Of a stretch of DNA of 64,000 bases, positions 19,964 through 28,928 are shown piece by piece. A program made the translations under genes and the position numbers. Position 1 is the stretch's first letter, and each line of letters starts with the position of its first letter. The stretch is taken from sequence record OP752703.1; one strand, written 5' to 3'. A model generated the notes under the pieces. The model saw only the letters and a program-made list of their open reading frames with translations. It did not search any database and was not told the DNA's origin.

Positions 19964-20653
19964 ATGCTAACAATCAAATCACTCTTGGAAGAAGTCAGGG
20001 CCTTCAATCTAGATACAGACGAAGAACTTGACCTTGATGCACTAGAAAACATCGATCTAGAACAACTTCTAGGCGGTGAATATAACGATGATCTTAACGA
20101 TGCAATCGAAGGGGTGGATTTTAATGACCTATCATCACTAACACTTGCGGACCTAGCTGACTATTATGATGCAGAAGATTCGGAAGATGGTATTGATCGT
20201 GATGACGGTTTGGATGGGGAAAGTGAGCAAGAAGAACTAGAAGCATCTGCAAAGGCCGATGACGAAGCTTCAACACTAGATGACGTTGATCCAGATAATG
20301 CTGACTTAGCACAGGCTGATGGTATCGATCAAGACCTTGATGATCCTCTATCTGCAAGTGAAATGGACGCAGCAGCCGATGGCGAAGAAGACCCGGACTA
20401 TCAGGGTAACATCCGAACCGTTCGTGGTGCAAACCTTGTATTCAAACGTAAGACCGAAGATGGGAACTTTGAAGAGCTTTGGGTTTACAACGTAGGCAAT
20501 GATATGCGTCGTGAAACTCAGATTCGTCGCGCTATCCTTTCTGGTACAGACATTGATCCAACTTCTCAGGCCAGTAAAGACGGCGACCAGTATGCCGAAA
20601 CTAGCTCACTAGGAAATGTCCAGTTCCTACACATCGTAGGTCTGCCGCAGTAA
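19964..20653 (+). CDS. Highly acidic hypothetical protein with a conserved-looking C-terminal domain
   Basis: D/E-rich N-terminal two-thirds; TAAATA upstream. Confidence 0.8.
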   Translation: MLTIKSLLEEVRAFNLDTDEELDLDALENIDLEQLLGGEYNDDLNDAIEGVDFNDLSSLTLADLADYYDAEDSEDGIDRDDGLDGESEQEELEASAKADDEASTLDDVDPDNADLAQADGIDQDLDDPLSASEMDAAADGEEDPDYQGNIRTVRGANLVFKRKTEDGNFEELWVYNVGNDMRRETQIRRAILSGTDIDPTSQASKDGDQYAETSSLGNVQFLHIVGLPQ

Positions 20654-20667
20654 TTTTTAAATAATGC

Positions 20668-20696
20668 TTGCCTTGTTAGTACGTTTCCTGTAGAAT
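20668..20696 (+). promoter_or_regulatory. Sigma70-type promoter
   Basis: TTGCCT-N17-TAGAAT. Confidence 0.55.
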
Positions 20697-20725
20697 AGGT
20701 GCGTACTAACAAGGAACATTTAAAT

Positions 20726-21370
20726 ATGACTTCACACTCGCCGCTAATCATCGGCATCAACGGCATCGCAGGGGCCGGTAAAGACACCATTGCAAATATG
20801 GTAGCACTATCCCTCGACAGAGACAATGGCTTTAAGGTTAAGACCTTCGCCTTTGCAGACAGACTCAAACAAGCCAGTGCCGTGGTATTCGGCGTTCCCC
20901 TAGAACATTTCTACGACCGTATCAAGAAAGAAGAAGTAGTTCCTTTCTGGAATATGTCCCCCCGCCAGATGGCACAGAAGATGGGTACGGAAGCCTGCCG
21001 TCAAGGTATTCGTGACGATATCTGGTTCAAGGCCCTCCATCAAGAGATTATGGCATCTGGCGTTGATGTGGCATTCATCACTGACGTTCGTTTCGACAAC
21101 GAAGCTCTTTATGTTCGTGGTGAAACATTTGAACCTGTAGAAGGAACAAACACTATGGCTCCCCATAACCCCTATCCGGGTGTCGTAGTAAACATTTTCC
21201 GCACTAACCAAAGCCTAATTGCCGATTCAGATCATGTATCTGAAAAGGGTATCAAGACTGAGCTAAAGGATGAAACCATTGAGAATGTCAACGGTAATCC
21301 ATTCGCAGCCGCAGCAGCCCTACAGAGGATCGTCATTAGCGAACTAGAACATAGAAGAGGTAAAGCATGA
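20726..21370 (+). CDS. Deoxynucleoside monophosphate kinase (T4 gp1-like)
   Basis: IIGINGIAGAGKDT, FADRLK, PRQMAQKMGTE, ITDVRFDNE, HVSE; start chosen from AAGGA RBS. Confidence 0.9.
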   Translation: MTSHSPLIIGINGIAGAGKDTIANMVALSLDRDNGFKVKTFAFADRLKQASAVVFGVPLEHFYDRIKKEEVVPFWNMSPRQMAQKMGTEACRQGIRDDIWFKALHQEIMASGVDVAFITDVRFDNEALYVRGETFEPVEGTNTMAPHNPYPGVVVNIFRTNQSLIADSDHVSEKGIKTELKDETIENVNGNPFAAAAALQRIVISELEHRRGKA

Positions 21371-21969
21371 GTAATAGTTCACATTTTAATAAGTTTCTAG
21401 CTATTGACCTAGAAACGTCTGGTATGTCTTTCCAGAATGATGATCCATCCAATAATTACGAATATCAGATCGTGTCTATTGGCCTGATCGTATCAAATAC
21501 AAAGACGTATAGTGAAGACGCTGTTCTGTATCGTGAGATTAGATGGAACGGTACTTCACAGTGGAACGCAAAAGCTGAGTCTATTCACGGTCTAACCAAA
21601 GAATATCTCGAAGAGTCTGGTATGGACGAAGAGGATGCACTAGCAGATATTGCCGAATTCATTCTAGAACACTTCGACTCAACCCAGCCCATCGTTCTAA
21701 TGGGACACAACGTGGTATCATTCGATAAGCCGTTCTTTAAGGCACTCCTACGAAAACATGGTATTATGTTCAAGTTCTCCCACCGAGCCTTAGATAGTTT
21801 CCCTGTAGGTCTTCTAATCGTAGATGCTTACGACTCAAACGAACTATTCGACAAGATGGGCTTCCCGCCACGTAAAGAGCATAATGCTCTAGAAGATATT
21901 AGATATACTTTGAAAGCCTTTAGAGGCGTCAAAAACATTATGGATGAAATATTGGATGGAAATGAATAA
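21367..21969 (+). CDS. DEDDh 3'-5' exonuclease (DnaQ-like)
   Basis: AIDLETSG, GHNVVSFD, HNALED. Confidence 0.9.
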   Translation: MSNSSHFNKFLAIDLETSGMSFQNDDPSNNYEYQIVSIGLIVSNTKTYSEDAVLYREIRWNGTSQWNAKAESIHGLTKEYLEESGMDEEDALADIAEFILEHFDSTQPIVLMGHNVVSFDKPFFKALLRKHGIMFKFSHRALDSFPVGLLIVDAYDSNELFDKMGFPPRKEHNALEDIRYTLKAFRGVKNIMDEILDGNE

Positions 21970-22216
21970 CGCAGAAATTCACGGGTTTCTAACCCGCACA
22001 CTAAACGAGTTAAAAGCACAGCGCTCTCTAATCACCAAGCTGGAAAAACAGATCAAGGATGATAAGAAGGACACTGAAAGCAAGATCAAGAAACTCTCAG
22101 GAGTCATTGATAGCCAGCAACGCCACATTACCGATCTACAGCGAAAGGTAGTACAGGCTAGACAAGATTTCAACGAAGTCAAAGACCTAGCACAGCGTAC
22201 AGCTTCGCGTAGATAA
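21962..22216 (+). CDS. Coiled-coil hypothetical protein
   Basis: Heptad-rich ORF; start overlaps the upstream stop region. Confidence 0.65.
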   Translation: MNNAEIHGFLTRTLNELKAQRSLITKLEKQIKDDKKDTESKIKKLSGVIDSQQRHITDLQRKVVQARQDFNEVKDLAQRTASRR

Positions 22217-22260
22217 AAATTAAAGTTCCTCAATAAATAGGTTATTGAGGAACTTTTTTT

Positions 22261-22665
22261 ATGTTCAATACGATAAAAGCCAAAATTAATCTATACAAAT
22301 GGGGCTTTATATCTCTATCTGTCCTAGCTCTGACCGTAGCGATTGCGGTCCAAACCGTTCGCCTTAATAATGTTAAGCACGAAGCCGAAGGATTTAAGGA
22401 AACGGTCAAAACACAGACTGCACAGATTGACGACCTTAAAAATTCTCTAATGGAGTACCAGCGCAACACGGAAGAAGCATTTAAAGCCCTTGACGCTCTG
22501 CGCGAAGATTTAAAGAGAATTGATGGTGATACCAGAGATTTGAAGCGACGCAACATTGCACCCAAAGTTGAAAAGGGTGGAGCTAACGCAGCAGACTTAG
22601 AAGTCAAGGCAAATGATTTAAGTAATTCAATCTTTAGCCGTTTAGAAAATGCTTCTAAGGAGTAA
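22261..22665 (+). CDS. Inner-membrane spanin (Rz-like)
   Basis: Single N-terminal TM helix then coiled coil; TAAATA and GAGGA RBS; paired with a lipoprotein. Confidence 0.75.
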   Translation: MFNTIKAKINLYKWGFISLSVLALTVAIAVQTVRLNNVKHEAEGFKETVKTQTAQIDDLKNSLMEYQRNTEEAFKALDALREDLKRIDGDTRDLKRRNIAPKVEKGGANAADLEVKANDLSNSIFSRLENASKE

Positions 22666-22667
22666 CC

Positions 22668-23024
22668 ATGAAGAGTAAACTATTAATCGTAGCACTGACG
22701 GTACTGCTGTCTGCATGTTCTGTCAAGCAGGAACCCGTTAAGCCAGTTATTGTGAAGGATTTCGTAATCGTTGATCCTGACCCTGTACCACCCCTAGTTC
22801 TAGACAATCCTAAATGGAAGGTTTGGAATAGTAAACAATTAGCCGCAGAGGCCGACAAGCCAGAAAATGCGGACAATGTATTCTACGTTCTTACAAAAGA
22901 TGAATTCACCAAGCTTATGAATAATTTGGTAGAAATTTCGGATCGTGTATCACGATATAGAGTAAATACTAATTATTACCAGACACGTATTAAAGAGTAT
23001 AGAAATAGTAAGGAACAGAAGTAA
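22668..23024 (+). CDS. Outer-membrane spanin lipoprotein (Rz1-like)
   Basis: Signal peptide with lipobox LLSA-C and Pro-rich segment (PDPVPPL). Confidence 0.75.
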   Translation: MKSKLLIVALTVLLSACSVKQEPVKPVIVKDFVIVDPDPVPPLVLDNPKWKVWNSKQLAAEADKPENADNVFYVLTKDEFTKLMNNLVEISDRVSRYRVNTNYYQTRIKEYRNSKEQK

Positions 23025-23353
23025 TGGAATTGCTTAAACTTCTACTAGAAAAGAAAGAAGAAAAACCTAAAAAGCCTAAAATCGTTTTCGTTGAAACCGA
23101 TGGTAGAGAGGCTTTTCCTGTAGATACTATGACTGCATTGAAGAAAGAGATAAATAAACAAGCTAAAGACTTGGAATTGCAATGGAATGGTCCGGTGCAA
23201 TTGGTTGATGCAGTGTTTGCTGAACTTAACGTACCAAAACCTCTAGCAAATCTTAAAGATCGTTGGGAGCAATATACTCAACTCCTAGCTGTAGCTGTAC
23301 GAGCCTTGCGCGATTCCCGAGGAATGAAATCCGCTTGGTCACAAACTGTATAA
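23024..23353 (+). CDS. Hypothetical protein
   Basis: Coupled ORF (TAATG overlap). Confidence 0.75.
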   Translation: MELLKLLLEKKEEKPKKPKIVFVETDGREAFPVDTMTALKKEINKQAKDLELQWNGPVQLVDAVFAELNVPKPLANLKDRWEQYTQLLAVAVRALRDSRGMKSAWSQTV

Positions 23354-23375
23354 AATTTAAAGGATACCATATACA

Positions 23376-24464
23376 ATGAACCACCCTAATCTAGATGCAA
23401 TGCGTCGTCTTGCCGGTCTTCCGGTGTTGAATGAATCTGCTGATCCCCTAACCCGTAAGTATGAGGGTATGGACAAGAACGGCCTAGAAACTTCCCGTAA
23501 GTACCTAAAGAGCGTACTAGAATCCACCCACAAGGATTCGGTTAAGCATAAGGGTGCTCAGGTAGAGCTAGACGTTATCGACCGCGTAAGCAAGTCAATC
23601 GAAGACGCCAATAAGAAGTTGACCGAAGCGAAGGAATCAAAGTCCGAAGAAAAGAAGAAGGACGATGAAGACGCTAAGAAGGACGACAAGAAAGAAGAAG
23701 CTAAGAAGAAGCACGAAAAAGACGAAGATGATAAGGACGCGGACAAGGACTACTGGAAGAAGAAGTCTGAAAAGGACCGTGACGATCATGATGCTGAAAA
23801 GGACGATAAGAAAGAAGCGGCCAAGAAGAAGCATGAAAAAGATGAAGATGACAAGGACGCCGAAAAGGACGATAAGAAGGAAGAAAAGAAGAAGTTGAAC
23901 GAAGCTGAATCGTGCGCCGAAGAAAAGAAGAAGGACGACGAAGACGCTAAGAAGGACGACAAGAAGGAAGAGAAGAAGGCCAAGCACGAACGCGACGAAG
24001 ACGATAAGGACGCCGAAAAGGACGACCGTAAGGAAGAAGACAAGAAGAAGCGTGAGAAGAAGCTTGACGACAAGGACGCTAAGAAGGACGACCGTAAGGA
24101 AAAGGAACTAAAGGAATCAATTGAATCCATTGTTGACCGTATCCTACGTGAAGCGGGTCTTGTTAATGAAAACGATAGCACCAGCAAGCTAACCCAGCTT
24201 GACGTTCTTGGTAAGCTAGAACTACCGAAGGGTAAGTTCCTAGACAAGGTTCCGTTCCAAGGTAAGGAAGATAGCAGCAAGCTAACCCCATTCAAGGTTC
24301 TAAGCGCTATCACTAATCCAGATGGTAAGGGTCTAGAGAAGCACAACGAAACCGGCTTTAAGCCTCTAGGCGTTCCTTCCGAAGATAACCCGAAGGGTGA
24401 ATTCGGTGATTCAGACATGGATCAGGATAAGGAATTCAAAAAGGTGTCTCTTAGGGGACAGTAA
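23376..24464 (+). CDS. Lys/Asp/Glu-rich prohead core/scaffold-like protein
   Basis: MRRLAGLPVLNES and ILREAGLVNE motifs, multiple L-x-E sites, charged repeat core. Confidence 0.65.
   Translation: MNHPNLDAMRRLAGLPVLNESADPLTRKYEGMDKNGLETSRKYLKSVLESTHKDSVKHKGAQVELDVIDRVSKSIEDANKKLTEAKESKSEEKKKDDEDAKKDDKKEEAKKKHEKDEDDKDADKDYWKKKSEKDRDDHDAEKDDKKEAAKKKHEKDEDDKDAEKDDKKEEKKKLNEAESCAEEKKKDDEDAKKDDKKEEKKAKHERDEDDKDAEKDDRKEEDKKKREKKLDDKDAKKDDRKEKELKESIESIVDRILREAGLVNENDSTSKLTQLDVLGKLELPKGKFLDKVPFQGKEDSSKLTPFKVLSAITNPDGKGLEKHNETGFKPLGVPSEDNPKGEFGDSDMDQDKEFKKVSLRGQ
23640..24110 (+). repeat. Imperfect coding repeats (EEKKKDDEDAKKDDKKEE / HEKDEDDKDAEKD)
   Basis: Near-identical gaagaaaagaagaaggacga(t/c)gaagacgctaagaaggacgacaagaa blocks at about 23646 and 23918. 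Confidence 0.8.
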
Positions 24465-24478
24465 GGTGTCTCTTAGGG
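24441..24478 (+). repeat. 16-bp direct repeat flanking the stop codon
   Basis: AAGGTGTCTCTTAGGG at 24441-24456 and 24463-24478. Confidence 0.9.
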
Positions 24479-24837
24479 AAAGCGACGGCATAGAAAAGGA
24501 TGACGATGGATACTATTCCATCGACACCACTAAGGTCAAGATTCCCAATGAAGTAAAGCGAGCCATCACTGACCGTATTAAGGAACTTCACGAAGCTATT
24601 GCTTTAGAAGACGAAAAGGGTTATAACGATGGTGGTGTTAAGCAGAATGCAGTAGATGCTCTATCACAGATTCTACAGAACGTAGAGACTGGCAACGTAG
24701 AAGGCATCAAGGAAGCTCAGATTTTCCTAGGCACTCTAATGAGTCCTATTCTGAACCTACTACCGCAGCAGCTTTTCAACTGGCTTGGCACTGCACTAAA
24801 CGTCATTCAGAAGACCGGAGCAAAGGTCGAAGATTGA
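24466..24837 (+). CDS. Hypothetical protein; either GTG start or a +1-frame continuation of 23376..24464
   Basis: Open frame VSLRESDGIEKDDDG...; no ATG with RBS nearby. Confidence 0.7.
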   Translation: MSLRESDGIEKDDDGYYSIDTTKVKIPNEVKRAITDRIKELHEAIALEDEKGYNDGGVKQNAVDALSQILQNVETGNVEGIKEAQIFLGTLMSPILNLLPQQLFNWLGTALNVIQKTGAKVED

Positions 24838-24890
24838 CAAACAAGAATCACTCTTGATAAGATAAGCCCTGTTAATAGCAGGGCTTTTCT
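24834..24890 (+). promoter_or_regulatory. Sigma70-type promoter followed by a hairpin
   Basis: TTGACA-N18-TAAGAT, then AAGCCCTG-ttaatag-CAGGGCTT(TT). Confidence 0.55.
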
Positions 24891-24894
24891 TTTT

Positions 24895-25137
24895 ATGTAC
24901 GTTTGTATTTGTATGGGAGTAACTGATAAGGAAATCAGAGAAAGAGTTAAGAACGGACACACAATGGCTGACCTAATACGTGATCTTCACGTAGGTCAAG
25001 GCTGTGGAAGTTGTAGGGAAGAGTTAAGAGAACTTGTTAAGAAAGAGACGCCTCAAACAGAAGGCGTCTTTGATATTTTGGCAATTAATGCTCGGGCAAT
25101 TTCTTCCATGCCATCAGGGAAATTGATGGTGAATTGA
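24895..25137 (+). CDS. bfd: Bfd-like [2Fe-2S] ferredoxin
   Basis: YVCICMGVTD...GQGCGSC four-Cys Bfd motif. Confidence 0.85.
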   Translation: MYVCICMGVTDKEIRERVKNGHTMADLIRDLHVGQGCGSCREELRELVKKETPQTEGVFDILAINARAISSMPSGKLMVN

Positions 25138-25397
25138 AAGTAATCGTTAGCGGTAGGTGAAATGATGTTGAAGATCACCGGTTGCTGTTCAACGATCTTT
25201 ACGCTAAACTCTGCCGGGTCATCCGCAAGATACTTGGCTGCGATTTGTTTAATCACACCGTGGACTTGATCTACCGCAGTTTTTCGGTTAAGATGACCCA
25301 TGATTAGATTTTGGGCCTTTTCGGAATTACGACGACGCCTTGTGACTTTAATCATCGCAGTATTGAGGTTTGGATTTGTGAGTTCATTTAATTTCAT
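25053..25397 (-). CDS. Hypothetical protein
   Basis: ORF with TAAATA 5 nt before ATG; its 3' end overlaps the bfd 3' end. Confidence 0.7.
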   Translation of the reverse strand: MKLNELTNPNLNTAMIKVTRRRRNSEKAQNLIMGHLNRKTAVDQVHGVIKQIAAKYLADDPAEFSVKIVEQQPVIFNIISPTANDYFQFTINFPDGMEEIARALIAKISKTPSV

Positions 25398-25488
25398 GAA
25401 ACTATTTATCCATACTATATCTAAATAGAGTTATCCTACGGGATATACAACGCAATAAAAATGTTCACTAACTATGGGAGTCATATAC

Positions 25489-26601
25489 ATGAACACTAAC
25501 TATAAGCACGACCTTGTAATTTTCCTTGGCCGCATGCAGCCGCCTACGATTGCCCACGTAGCTTCAATCATGGAAGCTCTAAAGTACGGTAAGTTCGTAA
25601 TGGTGGGTCTAGGAACCCACAACAGTCCCCGCACGCCTAAGAATCCTTGGACCACTGAGGAACGCATTGAAATGCTAAAGGCAGCAATCCCCGTCCAGTT
25701 CCATCCTCGCCTTGTATTCGTGGGTCTAGAAGACTTCCCGAACGATTCAGAGTGGGTCGCTAACGTTGGCAGTCTTGCACGTGCAGCTTCACGCCAGCTT
25801 GTTGGTAAGGATGACAACATCGCAATCCTTGCGCATAAGAAGGACGACAGCACCTACTACCTAGACTACTTCAAGTTCTTGAAGGATATTATTCCGTTCG
25901 ATGAAGTTAAGCTATCGGACACGCAGGCGGTCCTCTCAGCTACCAAGATTCGTGAGCTAATGTTCACTGGCTATCTTGGATTCTGCGCCCCGGCTCTACC
26001 GGAAGGCGTCATTGATTGGATTAGTAAGTGGATTGGTAGTGAAGGCCATCAATATGTCCAGAATGAATGGGACGAAGGTATTAAGTATGAGAAGGCATTC
26101 CATAATGCTCCTTACGGTAACACCAACTTCTACACCGCAGATAGCGTTGTAATTCAGTCGGGTCACATCCTGCTAGTACAGCGTGGTAAGGCACCGGGTA
26201 AGGGTCTATGGGCGCTACCGGGCGGTCATGTCAATAACAATGAGACTGGCTTTGAGGCATCACTACGTGAGCTAGAAGAAGAAACTTGCATCAAAGTTCC
26301 TCGTAAGGTTCTAGTAGGTAGCCGTTACGGTATGAAGTTATATGACGACCCTGATCGTTCACTACGCTGCCGTATCAGCGGTAAGTATGGTCGTACTGTT
26401 ACGAACGCAAACTTCTACAAGCTAAACGATCAGGAATCATTGGCTCGCGTTAAGGGAGCAGATGACGCTGTAGTAGCTAAGTGGGTTGCGATTGACGTAT
26501 TCTTAAATGAAATGAAGCCAGTGATGTTTGAAGATCACTATAACATTGGCGCGGATGCGATCAAGCTAGTGCCAGACGAACGAGCAATGGCACTATTGTA
26601 A
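25489..26601 (+). CDS. nadM: Bifunctional NMN adenylyltransferase / Nudix ADP-ribose pyrophosphatase (NadM-Nudix, NatV-like)
   Basis: GRMQPPTIAH, SATKIR, Nudix box GGHVNNNETGFEASLRELEEET, GADDA; GGGAG RBS. Confidence 0.92.
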   Translation: MNTNYKHDLVIFLGRMQPPTIAHVASIMEALKYGKFVMVGLGTHNSPRTPKNPWTTEERIEMLKAAIPVQFHPRLVFVGLEDFPNDSEWVANVGSLARAASRQLVGKDDNIAILAHKKDDSTYYLDYFKFLKDIIPFDEVKLSDTQAVLSATKIRELMFTGYLGFCAPALPEGVIDWISKWIGSEGHQYVQNEWDEGIKYEKAFHNAPYGNTNFYTADSVVIQSGHILLVQRGKAPGKGLWALPGGHVNNNETGFEASLRELEEETCIKVPRKVLVGSRYGMKLYDDPDRSLRCRISGKYGRTVTNANFYKLNDQESLARVKGADDAVVAKWVAIDVFLNEMKPVMFEDHYNIGADAIKLVPDERAMALL

Positions 26602-26640
26602 TTTACACCAGAGGGGGCTATAATGGCCCCCTCTTCTTTT
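26596..26640 (+). promoter_or_regulatory. Promoter whose -10 lies in the loop of a terminator hairpin
   Basis: TTGTAA-N17-TATAAT; AGAGGGGGC-tataatg-GCCCCCTCT plus T-run. Confidence 0.7.
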
Positions 26641-26654
26641 ATGGATGATCTAAA

Positions 26655-27263
26655 ATGCACAGCATGTCCCAAATTGCTTCAATCGTTGGCCTGAACACTC
26701 TTGATGTTATGGTCCTATACAGTTACGGTAGCCGCGTCTACGGAACCGAACGCCCGGACAGTGACTACGACTACGTAATTGTCACCGATAAGGAAGGGTT
26801 CGTTTCTGAGCAGGGCGAAACTGCCGAGCTAAGTGTTCAGGCTTACCATATTGATGAATGGAAGAAGCTTCTAGAGCGTCACGATATCATGGCTATGGAA
26901 TGCAACTTTAGTCCGTATGATGACCTGACCCTGCCCTTCACCCTATCAAAGGGAACCCTACGCTCTTCTATCAGTAAGGTAGCAAGTAACAGTTGGGTGA
27001 AGTGTAAGAAGAAGTTGACGGTGGAAGAGGATGCACGTCTAGTCGGAATTAAGAGTCTCTTCCACTCGTTCCGAATTCCTATGTTTGGTATTCAGATTGC
27101 GACCACTGGTGGAATCTACGATTACAGTTGTGCCAATGACCTATGGAAGGAAATGGAACCTCTAATCGAAAGCGACACTACGTGGGAAGAAATTTATGAA
27201 ATCTACAAGCCCCGTCACAACGAACTAATGACGGAATTCCGAAAGGTTGCGGAGAAAGAGTAA
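26655..27263 (+). CDS. Pol-beta-superfamily nucleotidyltransferase
   Basis: YGSRVYGTERPDSDYDY (GS..DxD) plus a helical C-terminal domain. Confidence 0.85.
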   Translation: MHSMSQIASIVGLNTLDVMVLYSYGSRVYGTERPDSDYDYVIVTDKEGFVSEQGETAELSVQAYHIDEWKKLLERHDIMAMECNFSPYDDLTLPFTLSKGTLRSSISKVASNSWVKCKKKLTVEEDARLVGIKSLFHSFRIPMFGIQIATTGGIYDYSCANDLWKEMEPLIESDTTWEEIYEIYKPRHNELMTEFRKVAEKE

Positions 27264-27499
27264 TGTATCTACTAACTGAATTCATTAAAGCATGGCACGG
27301 CCATGAAGGTAAGATCAAATGGAAGCGAATCAAATGTCGCCTTTGGTTTGATTCATTGGACAAGATGAAAGAATTCGTGGACGAAAATACCGAAATCAAG
27401 AACTATGTCCCTCACCCAGCGGATGGTAACTATTACGATAAGGATAATGCTGAGAAGTGGGATGATTATTACACCAAGGAAATGACATTCTCAAAATGA
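27263..27499 (+). CDS. Hypothetical protein
   Basis: Coupled short ORF. Confidence 0.6.
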   Translation: MYLLTEFIKAWHGHEGKIKWKRIKCRLWFDSLDKMKEFVDENTEIKNYVPHPADGNYYDKDNAEKWDDYYTKEMTFSK

Positions 27500-27717
27500 A
27501 GAAATATAAAGAACGATTCTGTAATTGGCTAGGCAATGACGCTCACCCTGTGTTTGTAACTATCATCGCCTATCTGACTTGGCTTGGTATTTGCTTTTAT
27601 ACATTTTTGACAGGTGATGACGGCTCACAACAGCAATTGAAACGTAAACAAGGTAAAGATGGTAAGACGCTTTATAAACGCAGCGGTCTGCTGCATATTT
27701 TTGACAAGTGGAAGTAA
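27496..27717 (+). CDS. Small membrane protein
   Basis: One hydrophobic segment; ATGA overlap. Confidence 0.55.
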   Translation: MKKYKERFCNWLGNDAHPVFVTIIAYLTWLGICFYTFLTGDDGSQQQLKRKQGKDGKTLYKRSGLLHIFDKWK

Positions 27718-27781
27718 TACACAACGGAAGTTTATCGCGTAGAGCGTTCATACTTCAATGAAACATATAAGGAACAAGGAA

Positions 27782-28174
27782 ATGAGTGACACCGAATTTA
27801 AAGTATCAGGCGATGATGATGTACTTCTACAGAAAACTATCGAATTAGTATTTCTGCAACATAACCCTTATAGTAATAACGCCACTGCAAAATCGTGGGC
27901 AGTTGTTAAAGGTGTTGGCTTAGTATTCTATTGGTACAAGACTCTCAAAGAAACTAACCCTCTACCTGTTGACCTAAAGGCTGACGGCGTGTATGCTATC
28001 GTAAAGCCTTGGTTAGAGAGTGATGAAGCCAAGAACGTTCTACGTTTACATGAATATCAAGGCGGTGATGGTAGCTACAAAAACGGATGGGAAGTTACCA
28101 ATTATCATAGCGAAAGTAACTCAGCCTATCAAATCTTAGTGGTAAGGCCGGTTGAAATCTATTACGGAAAGTAA
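27782..28174 (+). CDS. Hypothetical protein
   Basis: AAGGA RBS before MSDTEF. Confidence 0.7.
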   Translation: MSDTEFKVSGDDDVLLQKTIELVFLQHNPYSNNATAKSWAVVKGVGLVFYWYKTLKETNPLPVDLKADGVYAIVKPWLESDEAKNVLRLHEYQGGDGSYKNGWEVTNYHSESNSAYQILVVRPVEIYYGK

Positions 28175-28232
28175 TTATGATATCGTATTACAAAAATGTA
28201 ACCGGTAAGATTTGGTCCGAAGGAAGTGTTAA

Positions 28233-28493
28233 ATGAGCATTATCCACAGGATTAGAGAGATATACCGAAAGTGGCATATATGTTCTCAACAGATAAAATT
28301 TACTTACCGAGAAGCACGACTTACCAGCTTTTATGGATATAATAAATCCACTAATACTATGGATAAACGTGACTATGGAATGTTTCTTAAAATCTTTATC
28401 AAATTCCTCAGAGTTGATAATCCATACCTAGTATATAACCCCGTATCATATCCAAAATGGATGAATGATAATAAACAGAAGAAAATAAAATGA
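28233..28493 (+). CDS. Hypothetical basic protein
   Basis: ORF with AAGGAAG upstream; AT-rich. Confidence 0.5.
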   Translation: MSIIHRIREIYRKWHICSQQIKFTYREARLTSFYGYNKSTNTMDKRDYGMFLKIFIKFLRVDNPYLVYNPVSYPKWMNDNKQKKIK

Positions 28494-28921
28494 ACATCAT
28501 TACACAAATTAATGCAGACAAGATTGCTGCAATGAAGTCGGGCGACAAGACCCGAAAAGAAACCCTAGCTCTAGTTCAGGCTGCTATCAAGCAAGTCGAA
28601 GTAGACACCCGCAAGGAACTAAATGAAGTCGAAGTTATCCAGATTCTATCGAAGATGGTTAAGCAACGTGTTGATTCTATCACTCAGTTTACCGCTGCTG
28701 GGCGTCTTGAACTTGCTGCCATTGAAGAAGCCGAAAAGGCTATCATCACCGAATACATCCCGGTTCAAATGTCAGAAGCCGAGATTCGTTCTAAGGTATC
28801 AGAACTAGTTTCACCGGGCGATAACATCGGCCAAGCAATGGGTAAGGCTAAGGGCGTATTCGCTGGTAAGGCAGATATGGGTCTAGTCTCCAAGATTGTT
28901 AAAGAAGTCCTACAAGGATAA
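28490..28921 (+). CDS. YqeY/GatB-domain protein
   Basis: AAMKSGDK.RK.TL, KMVKQRVDSI.QF..AGR.ELA..E, GKADMG. Confidence 0.9.
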   Translation: MNIITQINADKIAAMKSGDKTRKETLALVQAAIKQVEVDTRKELNEVEVIQILSKMVKQRVDSITQFTAAGRLELAAIEEAEKAIITEYIPVQMSEAEIRSKVSELVSPGDNIGQAMGKAKGVFAGKADMGLVSKIVKEVLQG

Positions 28922-28928
28922 TATAACA

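Noticed and set aside
23640-24110. Repeats resembling a CRISPR array (also 46320-46980 and 61080-61320)
   Set aside because: All are in-frame coding repeats without unique equal-length spacers; no cas genes.
23558-24418. Minus-strand Ser/Phe/Leu-rich ORFs (up to 210 aa) and an alternate-frame Arg-rich ORF
   Set aside because: Shadows of the Lys/Asp/Glu repeat protein.
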